DNA of 64,000 nt from Lama guanicoe. Lineage: Eukaryota. Location: NCBI GenBank assembly GCA_013239625.1, contig MU057356.1, positions 26,802,793 through 26,866,792 on the forward strand, written 5' to 3'. The notes below the pieces were generated by a model. That model did not search any database and was not told where the DNA came from. It saw only the letters and a list, made by a program, of their open reading frames with translations. The translations under genes and the position numbers were made by a program. This document shows, one piece after another, positions 24,781 to 38,417 of the stretch; position 1 is the first letter of the stretch, and every line of letters starts with the position of its first letter.

Positions 24781-25600
24781 TGTATCAGTTAGGATGCTTT
24801 TGGCTGCAAATAAGAGAATATCTGACTGAAAGTGGCATAAGAACAAGAGGTTTCTTGTCTCACATTGGAAGTCTGGTGACAGACTCTTCCAGGTTCATTC
24901 TGTGGTTCAATGATGTTGTCAAGGGGTCAGTTTCTTTTTGTCTTAATGTGCTGGCATTTTCCTCCGAAATGAATGGATCCACCACCAGCACCTCATGGTT
25001 GCAAGATGGCAGCAGCAGCCCCAAGTGTCATATTCTTACAAAGTGGTCTCCAGGGTGGGAAAAGAAGCTCTTCCTTCTTGCATCTTATGTCTGTTTCACA
25101 AGAGCGAGAAGACCTGTATCAGTCATGATGAAATAGATTGCATTGCAGTAACAAATCACCTCCAAATCTTAGCGGCTTAAAAATGATAAAAGTGCATTGC
25201 TTGTTCATGCTCCAAGTCTTGCACAGATTTGCTGGTCCATTCACCATAATGGACCCAGACTGACTGAGGTTCTCATCTTAAAGAGAACTTCAGATTTTGT
25301 GATGGCAAGGGAAGTGAAGGCTGCTGTTAAATCTTTTGGCCTGAAGTGACTTGCTCTTAGATTTCATTGGCCGGAACTCTACCATGGCCCTGTGTCACTT
25401 GTAGAGGGTAGGGAGGGACAATTTTCCATGTACCCAGAAGTAAAGGAGAACCAGATATTAGTGAACATTACCTGCCTTCCAGAACAGCTTTTTCCAGAAG
25501 TTCTGAGTCTCTTATATCTACTTGTACAGAATTGGGTCACATGATCACAACTAAATAAAAACCCTATCCAGAGGAAATGGAACAGTGTCAACCCTCTGGG
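24781..25600 (-). mobile_element. Old MaLR LTRs (MLT1J/K-like) with a second MLT1 at ~25115-25470
   Basis: Two tgtatcagt starts (24781, 25115). MLT1 words ttggctgcaaataagaga, gcagtaacaaatcacctccaaatcttagcggcttaa, tttcattggccggaac. Confidence 0.7.
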
Positions 25601-27882
25601 GCAAAGAAACGTTTGTGCCACTAAGTCAGGAAGGGGGTTGATACAGGTAGGCAAACCTCAGGACCCACTGCTTACTATCAAAGGATGTATTTGGCAATAC
25701 CTGTGAGTCAATTTAAAAGGTGCTTCATGAGAAGGTTTCTGTTTAGATTTAGAGAATCGTGGCTTCCATGGGTCACCACCGTGCTCACTGACCACCTTTA
25801 ATCATCATGGTGGGATCAGACCAAAACAGAACCTGCAAAGGGCACTGTTAAGGATTTTGCCATTATCCCTTAACAGTTTTGAGGGATGAATGATGAACTT
25901 AAGACAATAAGAAAAGCTCTGGTTTATTTTTTTTCCCAGAAAACTTAATTCAAGCAAACAAGCAAACAATCTTTGAAAGACACTTATTAGTCCTCTTGTT
26001 CACTTAACGAGGGACAGTAGAATTCAGAAGGTCCTCTAGTATCTTCCTTGTCCCTTTCTCTCTACCCACCCATCCCCCTTACAAAATAAAGCAACGAAAA
26101 GTGCCTTACCCTATTCTGCCATGGTTTTAGTCCTCAGATGTTTATGATTCTGGGGCAGCATGGGGGCAGTTTAAGTGAATGGTTGAAAGGGGAGGGGGAG
26201 AATTGCAGCAGATGGTTGAAATTCCAGAAAAGCCAGCCACAGCACCCCCACTAAGATTTAAATTGTGCTATTTCTGGGTGGGTACAAACCGGGAAGCTTT
26301 TTACCAGAGCCTCCTTGAAAGAAAAAGCAGAGGCTCGGAAGAGGGGCCCCAAGTCTCTAGCACCAGCTCGATCCCAGCCCCCGAACAGGCATGCGTGGTG
26401 CGTGGTGCGTGTGTGCACGCGTTGTGTGACATATGGCAATTTGAAACAGTTAAACATATGAAGAATGTTTTTCATTCACAGATGGTTAAAAAAAAAAAGG
26501 CATTTATTTTTTCATATAACACATTCCCGAGGTTTGGAGCCAACCGCCTCCAGGGAGGGTCACAAATCCCCCCGGTGCCCCGGAAGACTCAGGTTTATGT
26601 TTGAAGGTCTGCCTCAGCTGAAAGATGAGTAAAACTGTGGTTAAGTCAGACGTTCCCTGGTGGCTCTGGGGGCCTAGGGGCACTGGTTATTTCAACAAGG
26701 CTATATGAAAAAGTCCAATTCCTAACATTTGCTTCAGACAGATCCACCTGCTCAAGGCAGCTGAGGAACAAAATTTATCCATTGGGCTAAATCCTTCTCA
26801 TGGCACCTAGCCGGCTGCTGGTACCACAGGTTTTCTGGGGCTGCGGAGAGGAGGGTGGAGGTGGCTTTCCTGTGGCAACTACACTGTCCTTTTCTCCAGG
26901 GCATAAAGCATTGCTGCTTCCCAAGGTTTTTCCTGCTGCTCTGAGAGCAAATTGGGTATCTGGAGTGTCCAATCAGGGCACCAAAGCTCTGCACGATTTG
27001 CAAAGACAATTATTCCGCTGAGGCTTTTGACGGCGGGAAAGGAGAGTTAATTAAATCTCATTGTAAAATTAAATAGCATTTCTATATATTTTAGAACTAG
27101 TGCAATTATTCCCTATCTTGGAGCATTGTAAATTCTTTGTGACTATGATGTATTATCAGAAATTTTCATAGAATTCTAGAACTCGAGGGGCTTTAGAGAT
27201 CACAAAGTGGAGCGACTTCCTTTTATAAAGATGAGAGAAAACCCAGAGAGGTCATATGACAGACTAAAAGCCTGCAACAAGCCTCCAGACGCAAACCCCA
27301 GCACTCTTGCCATTTCATTTGATTTGCATTTTGCACAGAGATGAAGTCTACATCAGGTGAAAATAGCAGATGGTTAAAATAGCCTCTGAACGGCTCTTAG
27401 AGAGGCACCATGCTGGAAACAAACACGTATCTTCCACTGAGTCCAATGCAGCCAAGTTTTCCTTCAGAGTAGGTCGTTCTTAAGTTATGCACCAAATGAA
27501 GCAGTGAGCTGGGGCTTCGAGGTCCTGCTGTGTAGAAGATAGGTCTTTTGAGGTCAAAGATCATAATCTGTAAAGATGCTCCCACCATTAGCGAACTGGG
27601 ACCAATTCATGGATCAAAAGAGTCCTTACCTAAGCAAAGCCCCAAGGGGAACACTGCTGGCTCTGAACTCCCTGTGAGCTCTCACCTCTAGGGTACTGTG
27701 CCCTGTGAATTCTAGCCTCCCTGTCCTCTGAGAATTCTGAACTCTGTCTCCTCAACTTGGCAACGTTGTGGGCTCTTGGGGATCCCCGTCACTGGGGGGA
27801 ACCTAAGGACTCTCTCCAGGCACTAGGCTGTGGCAACCTTAACAACCACCTGGCTTATTTTTCTTCTTTCAGGGTTCACTGT

Positions 27883-28420
27883 TGTATTAGTCAGGGTTCT
27901 CCAGAAAAAAACAGAACCAACAGAATATGTATAAGAGATTTATTATAAGGAATTGACTCATGCAGTTATGGAGACTGACAGGTCCCAAGATCTGTAGTCA
28001 GCAAACTAGAGCCCCAGCAGAGCTGAATACGTAGTTTTGGTCTAAGACAAAGTGCCTGAGAACCAGGACGGTATAATTCTAGTCTACAGACTCGAGATCC
28101 AGGAAGAGCCAAAATTTCAGTTTGTGTCTGAAAACAGGAAAAAAAAAACCAAAAAAAAAAAACCTAACATTGCATCTTGAAGGCAGCCAATAAAGAGAAA
28201 TTCCCTCTCCCCTACAGGAGGGTCAGCATTTTGATTCTTCTTGGGCTTTTCAATACTGATTGAATGAGGCCCACCCCACTAGGGAGGGCAAGCTGCCTGA
28301 CTGAGTCTGTCAGTTCAGATGCTAATCCCATCCAGAAACTGACACACCCAGAATAATGTTTGACCACGTATCTGGGCACCTATGGCCCAGTCTGGTTGAC
28401 ACATAAAACTAACCATCAGA
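27883..28420 (-). mobile_element. MLT2-type (ERVL) solo LTR
   Basis: tgtattagtcagggttctccagaaaaaacagaaccaa...gatttattataaggaattgactcatg...gacacataaaactaaccatca. 5-bp TSD actgt/attgt. Confidence 0.9.
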
Positions 28421-28559
28421 ATTGTCCTGAGCTGCATGTTGTCTTATGTCTGAAAACTTTTGCTTCAAATATTTCTTCCTTTTTGTTGCTGTTGTTGTTT
28501 AAGATGTGAAAGTAAACATGATTTTTCTTATTCTATCATGGCTGAAAACAGAGGTCTGT

Positions 28560-29460
28560 CAGACACATTGTTATTTTGAAGATTATTGCCAAATTATCTA
28601 CCTCTGGAATTGACCATTTTGCACACTGACCAGCAGCGAACGAGAGCTTCTCTCTTCCTGCCTCACCAACAGCATGTGTTGTCCTATTTTGCGATTTTTG
28701 TCAGTCTTGTAGGGAAAATAGCATCTCTGTATAGTTTTAATTTGCTTTTCTCTTGTAATGAGTAACACTGATAATCTTGATGTAAGTCTTACATTCGCGT
28801 TTCTTTTTCTACAAACTGTCAGCTCATGTCATTTGTTCATTTTTCTATTTTGGGTTGTTAGCCTGTTTTTCTTTTCTAGGAGCTCTTTATATAGAGAATT
28901 TAGCACGTTGTCTGCATAGGAGTTGCAATTATTTTTTCTCTTTGACTTGATGTTACTTTGCATGGAAAAGGCTTTTTTTTTAAATGTGGCTGAATTTATC
29001 AATCTCTTTTTTTAATGGAATCTAAATTTTTAGTCATAGTTAAAAAGGTCTGTTCTATACCAAGATTATAAAAGAATTCTCCCATGTTTCCTGCTAGTAC
29101 TTTTATGGTTTCACTTTGTACATTTAAATCATTAGTTTTGCTGTATGTATAGTGTGAAGTATGGATCCAATTTTATCCTTTTACACATGATACTTGGTTG
29201 TCCCAACATCCTGTATAAAAAGTCTCTATCACGTACTATATTCTATACAGATTTCATTCTTCTATACTTTCTTTCCTGTTCCAAAGGTCTGTCTTTTTAC
29301 ATGGCATTGCCACACATTTTCAATACTGAGGCTTAATTTATTATGTTCTAATACCTACTAGGGCTGGTCTCTAATGCCCCTTGCCCTCTAAAAACAGATA
29401 ATTTAGGTCCAGAAAAGAAGTCTTAGTACTTCTAGTGAGGTTATGTCAGATTCATAACTT
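28560..29460 (-). mobile_element. L1ME-type fragments (also ~27660-27880 and 28425-28550 around the MLT2)
   Basis: T-rich antisense L1 words: tagttttaatttgcttttctct, tgtcatttgttcatttttctatt, agctctttatat. Confidence 0.65.
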
Positions 29461-32025
29461 AGCTTAGGAAGCACTGAGGTATTTGTAATGAAAAGACTTC
29501 TTGATCAAGGACACCCTGGGACCACTGCCCTCTGGGTGCTGCAGTGCGCTCCGCTGGACAGATAGCAGGACTCTGTTTCACTCAAAGGCTGCATGACCCA
29601 GAAAACCAGAGCTGGAGAAGGCCAAGTGTGTGTAGGGTGTTCTAGTGGGAGTTCTACCTACCTCAATGTTAATAATGTGGAACATATAAGATCTCTCAAC
29701 TGGTAGATTATTCTAAATGACACCTCCACCTAGCTCAGCTAAGCCATTTCATTACTTTTGGCTAAGACTTGCCCTCTGGAAAACTGTGAAGTGATCAACT
29801 TTTGGCATCCTCGCCTTTCCCATTTTTCATCACTGCTGCCAACACAGTATTTCTTCCTTTCCTCAAGGCACTGTTCCTGCGACCCATAATAACTCCATGT
29901 TCCCTCTTATTTTCCTTTTCTCAAAACCCATCCTTGGGAAAGAATCTTATATCAGTCATTTGCACCTTACTATGCAATTCTTTCTATCTAACAGTGGGAA
30001 GAAAGTTTGTATTTATTTAGAAGAGTTCTGAGCATCTGGGAGCAATTGCAGGAGGCAGGCCAATAGCCTTCCTGGTGTCACTGAAATATTACCAGGTAGA
30101 TCTGCACCTTCTGAGGCCCCTCTTTCAGGCTTAAGAGGACTCTGCAGCCCCAGGAAATGCTCTTATCATCTTCCTGCCCACACCCTGAGAGGAATCCTGA
30201 GACCGTACAAGTGATTTCATTGTGACCACAAATTACAGGGAGGTACCCAGAGAGAATAAATTCCCCTTATCTGGCAGGCCTGGCAGAGTGCCCCCCGGGA
30301 CCTGAGCACTCCACTGTGAGCCCGAAATGGTGTGATTAGAAGGCAAAATATGAAGTGCATTACATGCAACTTCTCCTATAACACATGCAAAGTAATCAAT
30401 CTCAACCTCTGGCAGCCACACCAGGGAGCCTGTCTTTCCCTTTTTTATTTATTGACTTGCCCTTGGCCAGCCCTTAACGTATTTGTTTTTGTCGGCCCAA
30501 GGTTTTTGCTTAAAATTCAGCCAGTGCTGTTTCCTTCCTGGGATATAGATGGCTCATCCGTCAGCTTCCTTCAGCATGAGTGACCGACACCCACGCCGGA
30601 TTGTAAAATAAAGCCCGCTTTATTGTGATGAGGTGACCCGAAGTCTTCTCGGCTTAGCTGTTCAATGTTTTAATGCACACAGTCTCCTCTGTGGACTCAG
30701 GCTCTTTCTGGCCCAGGGTGGAGGGTCTGAGTCCGCAGCTCCTCGGAGGCTGCCTTGCGGAGGCGCCGGCACCACCCAGGACCTGGCCAGGAAGCCTTGA
30801 TGTGCCTCGGGCTCCATTTTTCCAGCGCTACTGATCTGGAATGGAAACTCCGTGCCTGTCTCCAAACTCAGCATCTGAACAGTTGAAAAACCCAGAGCTT
30901 CACCCTCAGGTGTAAGGGGAGCCTTTGGAACAAATGTGAAAGGGCTGTGTGCTGACTGAAGTTCCTGAATGCGAGGCGCTGGGAGGTGGGAGCTGCGCTT
31001 CATCTGTAAGCACCTCTGCAGAGATGCTCGCTTCAAGAACTAACTGCAGTGCGCAGTATTAAAGCCCCAATTCCCTCTGACATGCCTTCTCTTCTCTCAG
31101 CTGCAAAACTTAAACAGAGCTGTAAGTCAGAGTCGTGAAGGGAGTGGAAGGGATGCTCTTCTGCCCCTCGGAGACGTTCTCGCCCCAACCATGTTCCGGC
31201 TACCCGTTCCCCACCTGCTTTCTCTCGCCGGCAGTCTATCTATCCAGTTTCATCTCTTGACTTTTTTTTTATTAGGTTTTGATAAGACTGCACATCACAA
31301 GTCAGGTATGCAGGAGTCATCGTAGTTTACTTTTCTTTACCTCTGGTTAATTTTATATTAAGCCCTGGCTCTGCTGAGGTGGAGGAAAGTTACCCTCTGT
31401 CTCTAAATTTCCACCCTGCCTTTCTCTCTAGGGCGGCATCTGAAGGCACAGAGGGGCCGTGCAGAAAGAGGGTGAGAAGGGACACTTTTGGTACTTGGCG
31501 TACCTGCCACTCAGGTTTCTGTTTGGTAGTCTATCACCCTTCTGCTCCTGTTCACCTGAGGTCAATCTCTCTCTCTGCTTCTCGGGGCAGGCTTGTGGTC
31601 AGAGTCATCATTTTGCTCTTTTCATGCCAAGTGTCAGGACATGAAAATCTCTGCAAGACCCTTGTAGGTCCTGCCCTGTCTACGGAGATTCACTGCACAG
31701 CCATTTCACCCCTTGGATAAAGGCACAGCTGCCCTCCGGTCTTCGATTTTGGAAAGTGCCTCGGGTTTTCCTGCTTGCACAGGGCTCAGCCCAGGAGGCA
31801 GGGACCAAAGACCCTTCTACCTAGGAGCCACCACCATCTCTATTCTTATGATTCNNNNNNNNNNNNNNNNNNNNNNNNNNNNNNNNNNNNNNNNNNNNNN
31901 NNNNNNNNNNNNNNNNNNNNNNNNNNNNNNNNNNNNNNNNNNNNNNNNNNNNNNNNNNNNNNNNNNNNNNNNNNNNNNNNNNNNNNNNNNNNNNNNNNNN
32001 NNNNNNNNNNNNNNNNNNNNNNNNN

Positions 32026-32150
32026 TCCTGTCTTTCTTTCTTCCTGTCTTTCTTTCTTCCTGTCTTTCTTTCTTTCTTTCTTTCTGTCTTTCTGTCTTTC
32101 TGTCTTTCTTCCTGTCTTTCTTCCTGTCTTTCTTTCTTCCTGTCTTTCTT
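32026..32150. repeat. Compound (TCTT)n/(CCTG/TCTG) microsatellite next to a gap
   Basis: Read directly. Recurring unit tcctgtctttct(ttct). Confidence 0.95.
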
Positions 32151-33339
32151 CCATCTTTTCCAGCCCAGGGAAATTTTTCTAGTCTGAGGAGTTAAAGGTG
32201 GGGATGGACACATTTCTACATTTTACCACTCAAATCCTCAGCTCTCAAACTTTCTGTCACTTCATCTCCTCAGGACACTGGGGCTCCGGCTTACAGACAA
32301 CAAAATCTGGAAACACGATTTTGGTTTTCACCCTCTCATAGCATCCTTCCCTTGAAGCAATGACCCTGGGGTGGCCCAGCTGCTTGAAAGGGTTGATTAA
32401 GATTGATTGATTAAAACTTCAAAAATATTATTCTGCCTCAAGGATAAATAGCTTAAGAAGCAAAAATCTCTCCTGAGAGGGTCCCTTGGATGCAGCTCCT
32501 AAGGTCCACTTGCTAAAGGATGAAGCGTAAAGTACCGGGATGAAGGCCCCGGGCAAATACTCTGAATTTTGGTGCTAGGTGTTCAAACGTGGCTGCTTTC
32601 CACATGCTAATGTTTGTCCCTACTTTCTGAAATAGTTGTGTTCTAAAGTCCTGGCTTAAGCAAAGGACTGTCGACACATTCTAAGGCCACATTGCCAGGA
32701 TTCTTTCCTACGAGATCTGTCTTGTTCTTCACCTGCCTTTGTTCCTCCTGATGTATCCTGAGGGCAAATTCATGTGAAAATGGAGTGTGCGGCCCTCAGT
32801 AAGATCGTGCTCTCTTTCCTTTCTCTAATAGCTCTTCTAGTATTTTACTTTAAATTTCTCCCATTCAGAATTCAGTATTTTCTTTAATATGTAAGTAATG
32901 TTGTAATGTATGCCCTTTATTATATGCTTAATTTTTCAGCTTGTTGTCAGATAAGCTTCAAGTAAATAGAACTCATTTAGACACTCCTTTTTCATACAAG
33001 TCCCTTTTACATACTTGGGGGCCAGGAATTCCATTTTTTTAAAGGACTATTTCTTTTTATTGATTGGACCAATTAGAAATAAAAATAACTATTAAAAATT
33101 GAAAATGGCTTATGTTAAGTAATATTAAAAAGAAACTTATTTTGAAATTCCTGAAGGTAATACGGGGGAAAAAAATCAGTGTTTGGCTCAATATTCAATG
33201 GTATGAATATAAAGGCATAAATCCACACATGCATGAACACCTATAAATGTACAGAAATACTCAAGAGTGGGATAATATAGAGATGATAAGTGGGTGCATC
33301 AGGGAGCAAACAGGAGAATGGTGCCTAGTAGGGAAGAAA

Positions 33340-33540
33340 GGGAAGTAAATTAGCACATGGGGGTACTGCTTTGTGCCTGGTACTACTCAAGCCTGTGATG
33401 CAGACACCATCACCTCCATTTTGCATAAAAGGAAACCAAGGCTCCAGAGGGTTAGGAAACTTGCCCAAGTTTCCATGGCTACTTAGCAACAGAGCTTGGC
33501 TTTGAATCTAGGTCTGTGAGATTCCAAAACATTCTCTTTT
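33340..33540 (-). mobile_element. MIR SINE
   Basis: ctccattttgcataaaaggaaaccaaggctccagagggttaggaaacttgcccaag...tttgaatctaggtctg. Confidence 0.8.
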
Positions 33541-34769
33541 CACAGAGTGCCAATATTAGTGTTTGGGTATACTTACCTTGGTTTTTTAAAACTTATAAAA
33601 ATCCATGCCAAAGGATTAGCTAGAAGGAGTACAATGGAAGGAGATAGCCAGCTCTATGTTCTTAAGTACACTCTATCCATTTCACACATTGAAATGAGGT
33701 TGGCTACAACAAGTCTTGTTGAAGGTATTGATTTGATCGGTGCAGTCTTTCAAGATATGATCCAGGTCTTTAGCAAGAACTACACTATTTTTGCAATACA
33801 TTGAGTGGTGACAGGAGTTCACTTCACACCATCACAAATTTCCCACGAGGGCTAACAAAATCTTGCAGCTTGGTCACATGTGGAAAAGTGCAATATTCTA
33901 CTTACAAAGTAAAAGTAGTATGTCACTATTGCATGGTACAGTAATAAACTATGTGTGTATTATAAGTGAAATGGAATTGGGTGGAGGGGGCAAGAGCAAG
34001 TCTTCATACAGAAGATGTATTGTGAACTCAAAAATAGCAGGAGAGCCGCATTTCTCAATACAGATTCACTTCTGATACTTAGCCTAGCAATTTGTGGGCT
34101 AAATATCTTTGTTTCCTTATCTTCAGCACAGGACTAGGATTTAGACGTTCTAATTTTAAAATCAGTTTTTACAAGTGTCACTCATTTGGTGACACTTTTT
34201 GTCCCTTAGGAAAGAAAGAAAAGCTACTATGTCTGATTTTCTTTTGCATAAAGTTCTTGATAAAATATACAATCTTTGTATAGCTATTGCCTGGATAATG
34301 GACTCGAGATTTTTTTTTTTTTACTCCTTCATTTAAGAAACAAACAAAAAATTTAGGTGACCCCTGTCCAAACCAAACAGTCTTCACAAGTATTTCCTTT
34401 TATTTTAGCAGCAGCTCCTTTCTCTCTTTTCTAATTATTTTTGTTGATTTCCACACCTGAACACTGGAGGGGAACATTTTTTGAAGACTGTCATTATCTA
34501 GAAATGGAACTAAGAACTAGTAAACCAAGTAATATGCGGTTAACCAGCTGCTCACCCACAGCCAGAAAGCCTGCCTCAGGACAAATTCATTCTTCCCCAA
34601 GGTATATTTACTCTTTGAAGTCTCGAGGAATAAATCAAATATACCAGGAGCACTGGAACATTCTAGGTGAAGAGTTTATTTCTAATTTTAAACACAACTC
34701 AATGTTTTGATGCAATTGCTTCTACTACTCTCGGAGATCTCCCGGGACTGTCTCAAGTAGAAGGAAGAA

Positions 34770-34940
34770 CACGGGCTCTTGCATCAGGAGGCTCTGGGTC
34801 CTGGAACCACCACTTCCTAACCAGGCGATCTGTAGTGAGTCCTGGGCCTCACTGAGCCTGGTTTCCTCATTTATAACGACTAAGATCAATAAGCCTTTGA
34901 TCTCATTGGGTCAAACGAGGTGCTATTTGAAAGTGGTTTC
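34770..34940 (+). mobile_element. MIR SINE
   Basis: ctgagcctggtttcctcatttataa core. Confidence 0.6.
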
Positions 34941-37029
34941 TATACTCTGAAATTTAGTGCAGATTTTTTTTTTAAATATGAAACTCATATCTGAAATGGT
35001 TCACATTTACAGCAGTGCAGTTTCCTTTCATTGCACTTGTCTTTGGCATCCTAGGGAACCACATTAGGAGTTAATAAGCTGCCATATGTTTAGCCATGTA
35101 ACCACCACCATTGTTGTAAATACTGTTTTTTCATAGGAAAAAAAATGTGAATTGATTTCCAATTAAATAAGTACACCCTTTTTTTTCTTTTTAAACAAAA
35201 CCTACTTGTCAGTTTGGGATTTACCTATTTTTATCTGTTCAGTGCTATCTGGAATACAGGGCCCTTTTATGAAAGAACTTTAAGGGACTCCCTTATTCCA
35301 TAAATTTGTTGAGAACAGAGACCAATTTTGCATCACTGTGTGTGTGATCTGTGTGTGAAGGCGAAATGCAATTCTGCTTCCTCTGTGAGATTGTCTATCC
35401 TCTTTTATTTGTGGAAGTGTGTAGTCAGGTAGATGATGGTAAATGAAAAGTGTACAGGTCAGAATTGCGATGGCTGGCTACACATGCGAGTCCACTGAAG
35501 TGACATGTGAGTAAGATCTGTTCTTCAAAAGCAATCAAAGACCTCTTCCTTTCTCTAATTGCAAAAGACCTCGTCTTTTCATTCTGACTTTCCTATTTGG
35601 CTTTCCAATCAAAATGTAATTTTACTTATTTTATCATCTTACCGTGGCTTATAAATATATTAAAAAAGGAACAAGTTAGAGTTGAAGAAAAAAAATCAGC
35701 CTATTTATAAATATATTAATGTGTTTCATTTCACTCAGATGCCTCTCTGGTCTGAATTAGGCTGTAATGGGGCCAAACATGAAGCTTAGCATTGGTTTCG
35801 TGGAGAAAAGCCAAGTAGTCAATTTTAATTACTTGTTGCTGTATCCTTAAACAATGCACNNNNNNNNNNNNNNNNNNNNNNNNNNNNNNNNNNNNNNNNN
35901 NNNNNNNNNNNNNNNNNNNNNNNNNNNNNNNNNNNNNNNNNNNNNNNNNNNNNNNNNNNNNNNNNNNNNNNNNNNNNNNNNNNNNNNNNNNNNNNNNNNN
36001 NNNNNNNNNNNNNNNNNNNNNNNNNNNNNNNNNNNNNNNNNNNNNNNNNNNNNNNNNNNNNNNNNNNNNNNNAAAGTTCCCTTTGAGATGCTGTTGTGTA
36101 ATTGAATGGATTAGGGGAACTGACGGGAACTTCACGGGTGTCTCAGTGGAGGTCTCTGGGGTCAGCCCTCAGCTCTTGTGCCTCACGTTAAACAAGTTTG
36201 TCAATTTTCCATCAGATTGATTTTTCTCACAGGTCTAAAGGCCTTGTCTTATTTCGCCTTATTTCCACAGGGGTTCTTAGCATTGCAAACTTTCATTTAC
36301 TTTTGTTTCAAATGGTGAAGAGTGATTTTGATCTCTGAGAGATAATCAAAAGAGAAACCTCTGGAATTGGAACCCCTGTTAAGTATGTAGACCATGGTGG
36401 TTGTCTGTCTACCATTTTCCTTCATTTTTCTTTTTTTTTTTCTATTGGAAAGAATCACTCTTTAAGGAAAATCATGCTTAGCTAGTTTACCTAGAGTCAT
36501 CTTTTGCGTTTGGAATTTTCAAATACTTACTTACAACAGTGGATTTGAAGGAGATCAGATGTGTTGGCCCTTTCAAGACAAGTTGTTAAGTAACTGTGAC
36601 CAAGTTCCAATAGACCCTGAGAAATACAGAGACTTACTAATATTTAGGAGCTGATCTACCTGACCGAAGGTCATCTGCGAGAACTCAAGCATTGAGTAGA
36701 GAAGCTAGTTGCTGGCTCTCAATGTTGAGTTCCTTTGTGTTAAATATTGGACCCATCAGGGCTTCTTTCTTTCTTTCTTTCTTTTTTTTAAAGTCATGTT
36801 CTGTTAGTTCCAAAAAAGAAAAATCACTTTTACTCCAATTAAAAAACAAAAGTTACTTAAAATGACTTTTAGTCTTATGACTTCCTTTGAGTTTTTTGGA
36901 AAGTGTATAAGAAAAACACCACATTTACATAAGCAGAATCAATTATGTCGTTCATTCCTGTCCTTACACGTGCTTGACTATTTCTTATTTAAATAGGAAA
37001 CCACAGAAGTATACACATCGTACATTTCT

Positions 37030-37890
37030 GTTTTCTTAAACTTTCAAACATTGTCTCCATATGCATGATCTCATATGCTCCTCCCTAGAGTGCTGTGACT
37101 TAGGAAGAATGGGAAATACCACCTCCATTTACAGATAGCATGGGCGTGTCCTACCCTGAGGCACCACTGGTAAATGCAGAGTTGGATCTAGAACCCAGGT
37201 CTGAAGACTCCTCAGCCCAGGCCCCTTCTACTGTATCCTGGTGTTTGAAAGAGCTTGTCAAAGCCTGTGGACTTCTCAGATTGACTCCCTGGCACTTTTT
37301 CTTTCCAAAAAAATAGAAATTGTTTCTTTTTCCTTAAACTACAATCACTTCACATTAATAGGAAAAATCTTCTCATTTCCAGACTCTTGACAAATAGTTC
37401 TCAGTGAATAAATGAATCCTTTTCTCTCTGCTACCTGCTAATTTATTATCTGTTTTCTTATTGATATCCAGGACCAACCTTAGGAGGAGGCAAAACAGAT
37501 GTCCATAATGCCTGAAATTCTACCATTGTAACATTTATTTCTTTAACAATCTTTGTCCCCCATAGAAATGCAAATAATTCTCAAAGAATCATGAAACTTT
37601 CACTGATGTTTTAAGATCAGCTAGTCTCTGTGACTATGCACGTAAATAATAATAATATGGATTGAACTCTTAATACAATGAGGCGCTATGCTCAGCGACT
37701 TTCCCTATCTCGTTTCACTATAGAACAACTCAATAGGTAGGTTCCATTATTATCTTCATTTTACAGATTAGGATATTGAGATTTAGGTTAAGAAGTTTGT
37801 CCAAGGCTTGCAGCTAAGTCAAGAGGTAGGGTCAGGATTTTGAACCCAGTCAGTTTGGCTCTCAGTTCTTTATTTTAATGATCATGCTTT
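37030..37890 (-). mobile_element. Two MIR SINEs (~37030-37230, ~37645-37890)
   Basis: cattttacagattaggatattgag...tttgtccaagg...ggattttgaacccag and ggatctagaacccaggtctg. Confidence 0.7.
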
Positions 37891-37929
37891 CGGAATCAAG
37901 TTTGCTAACTGTGAGAAACCCACGGTGTA

Positions 37930-38400
37930 TTCAGAGAGAGAGAACGGTGTAGTGGGAGCAGAGAGTTATGGGGACACTATGAGGAAGTGCCTCACGTTGC
38001 CTGGAACAGAGAACACTCGGCAGAGAGGAAGCTTGGGGCCTGGAGCCTGTAGAGTGGGTAGCAGTTCTCCAGGAGGGTAAGTGGTGAGGTGGGGAGGGCA
38101 TTCCAGGCAGAGAGAATGGCCAGTACAGGACTGAGGAAGATAAAAATATGTAAGGTGCTTGGAAATTGCAAGTAATTTGGCGTTGTTGGCGCAGAGACAC
38201 TTAGGAGTCAGAGAAAGCAGCGGGTAAATGCCAGATTACAAAGGACCTAGGATGTTCTGTGCTAGACTTCTAGAATTTTTCTTTTGGAGCAATAATGGCC
38301 CATAAAACATTTTTAGTAAGGTGAGTGTGACTGGATTTGTGGTTGGAAAAAGTAGAGTGTAGAGCAAGGATACCATTTATCAGATTGTTCTAATATACTA
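37930..38400 (-). mobile_element. L2 fragment
   Basis: ggagggcattccaggcagagagaatggc and related antisense L2 words. Confidence 0.6.
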
Positions 38401-38417
38401 GAAAATACAGGACTGGC

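Noticed and set aside
31713-32213. K/R/E-rich and F/L/S-rich ORFs
   Set aside because: They are translations of the TCTT microsatellite plus an N gap.
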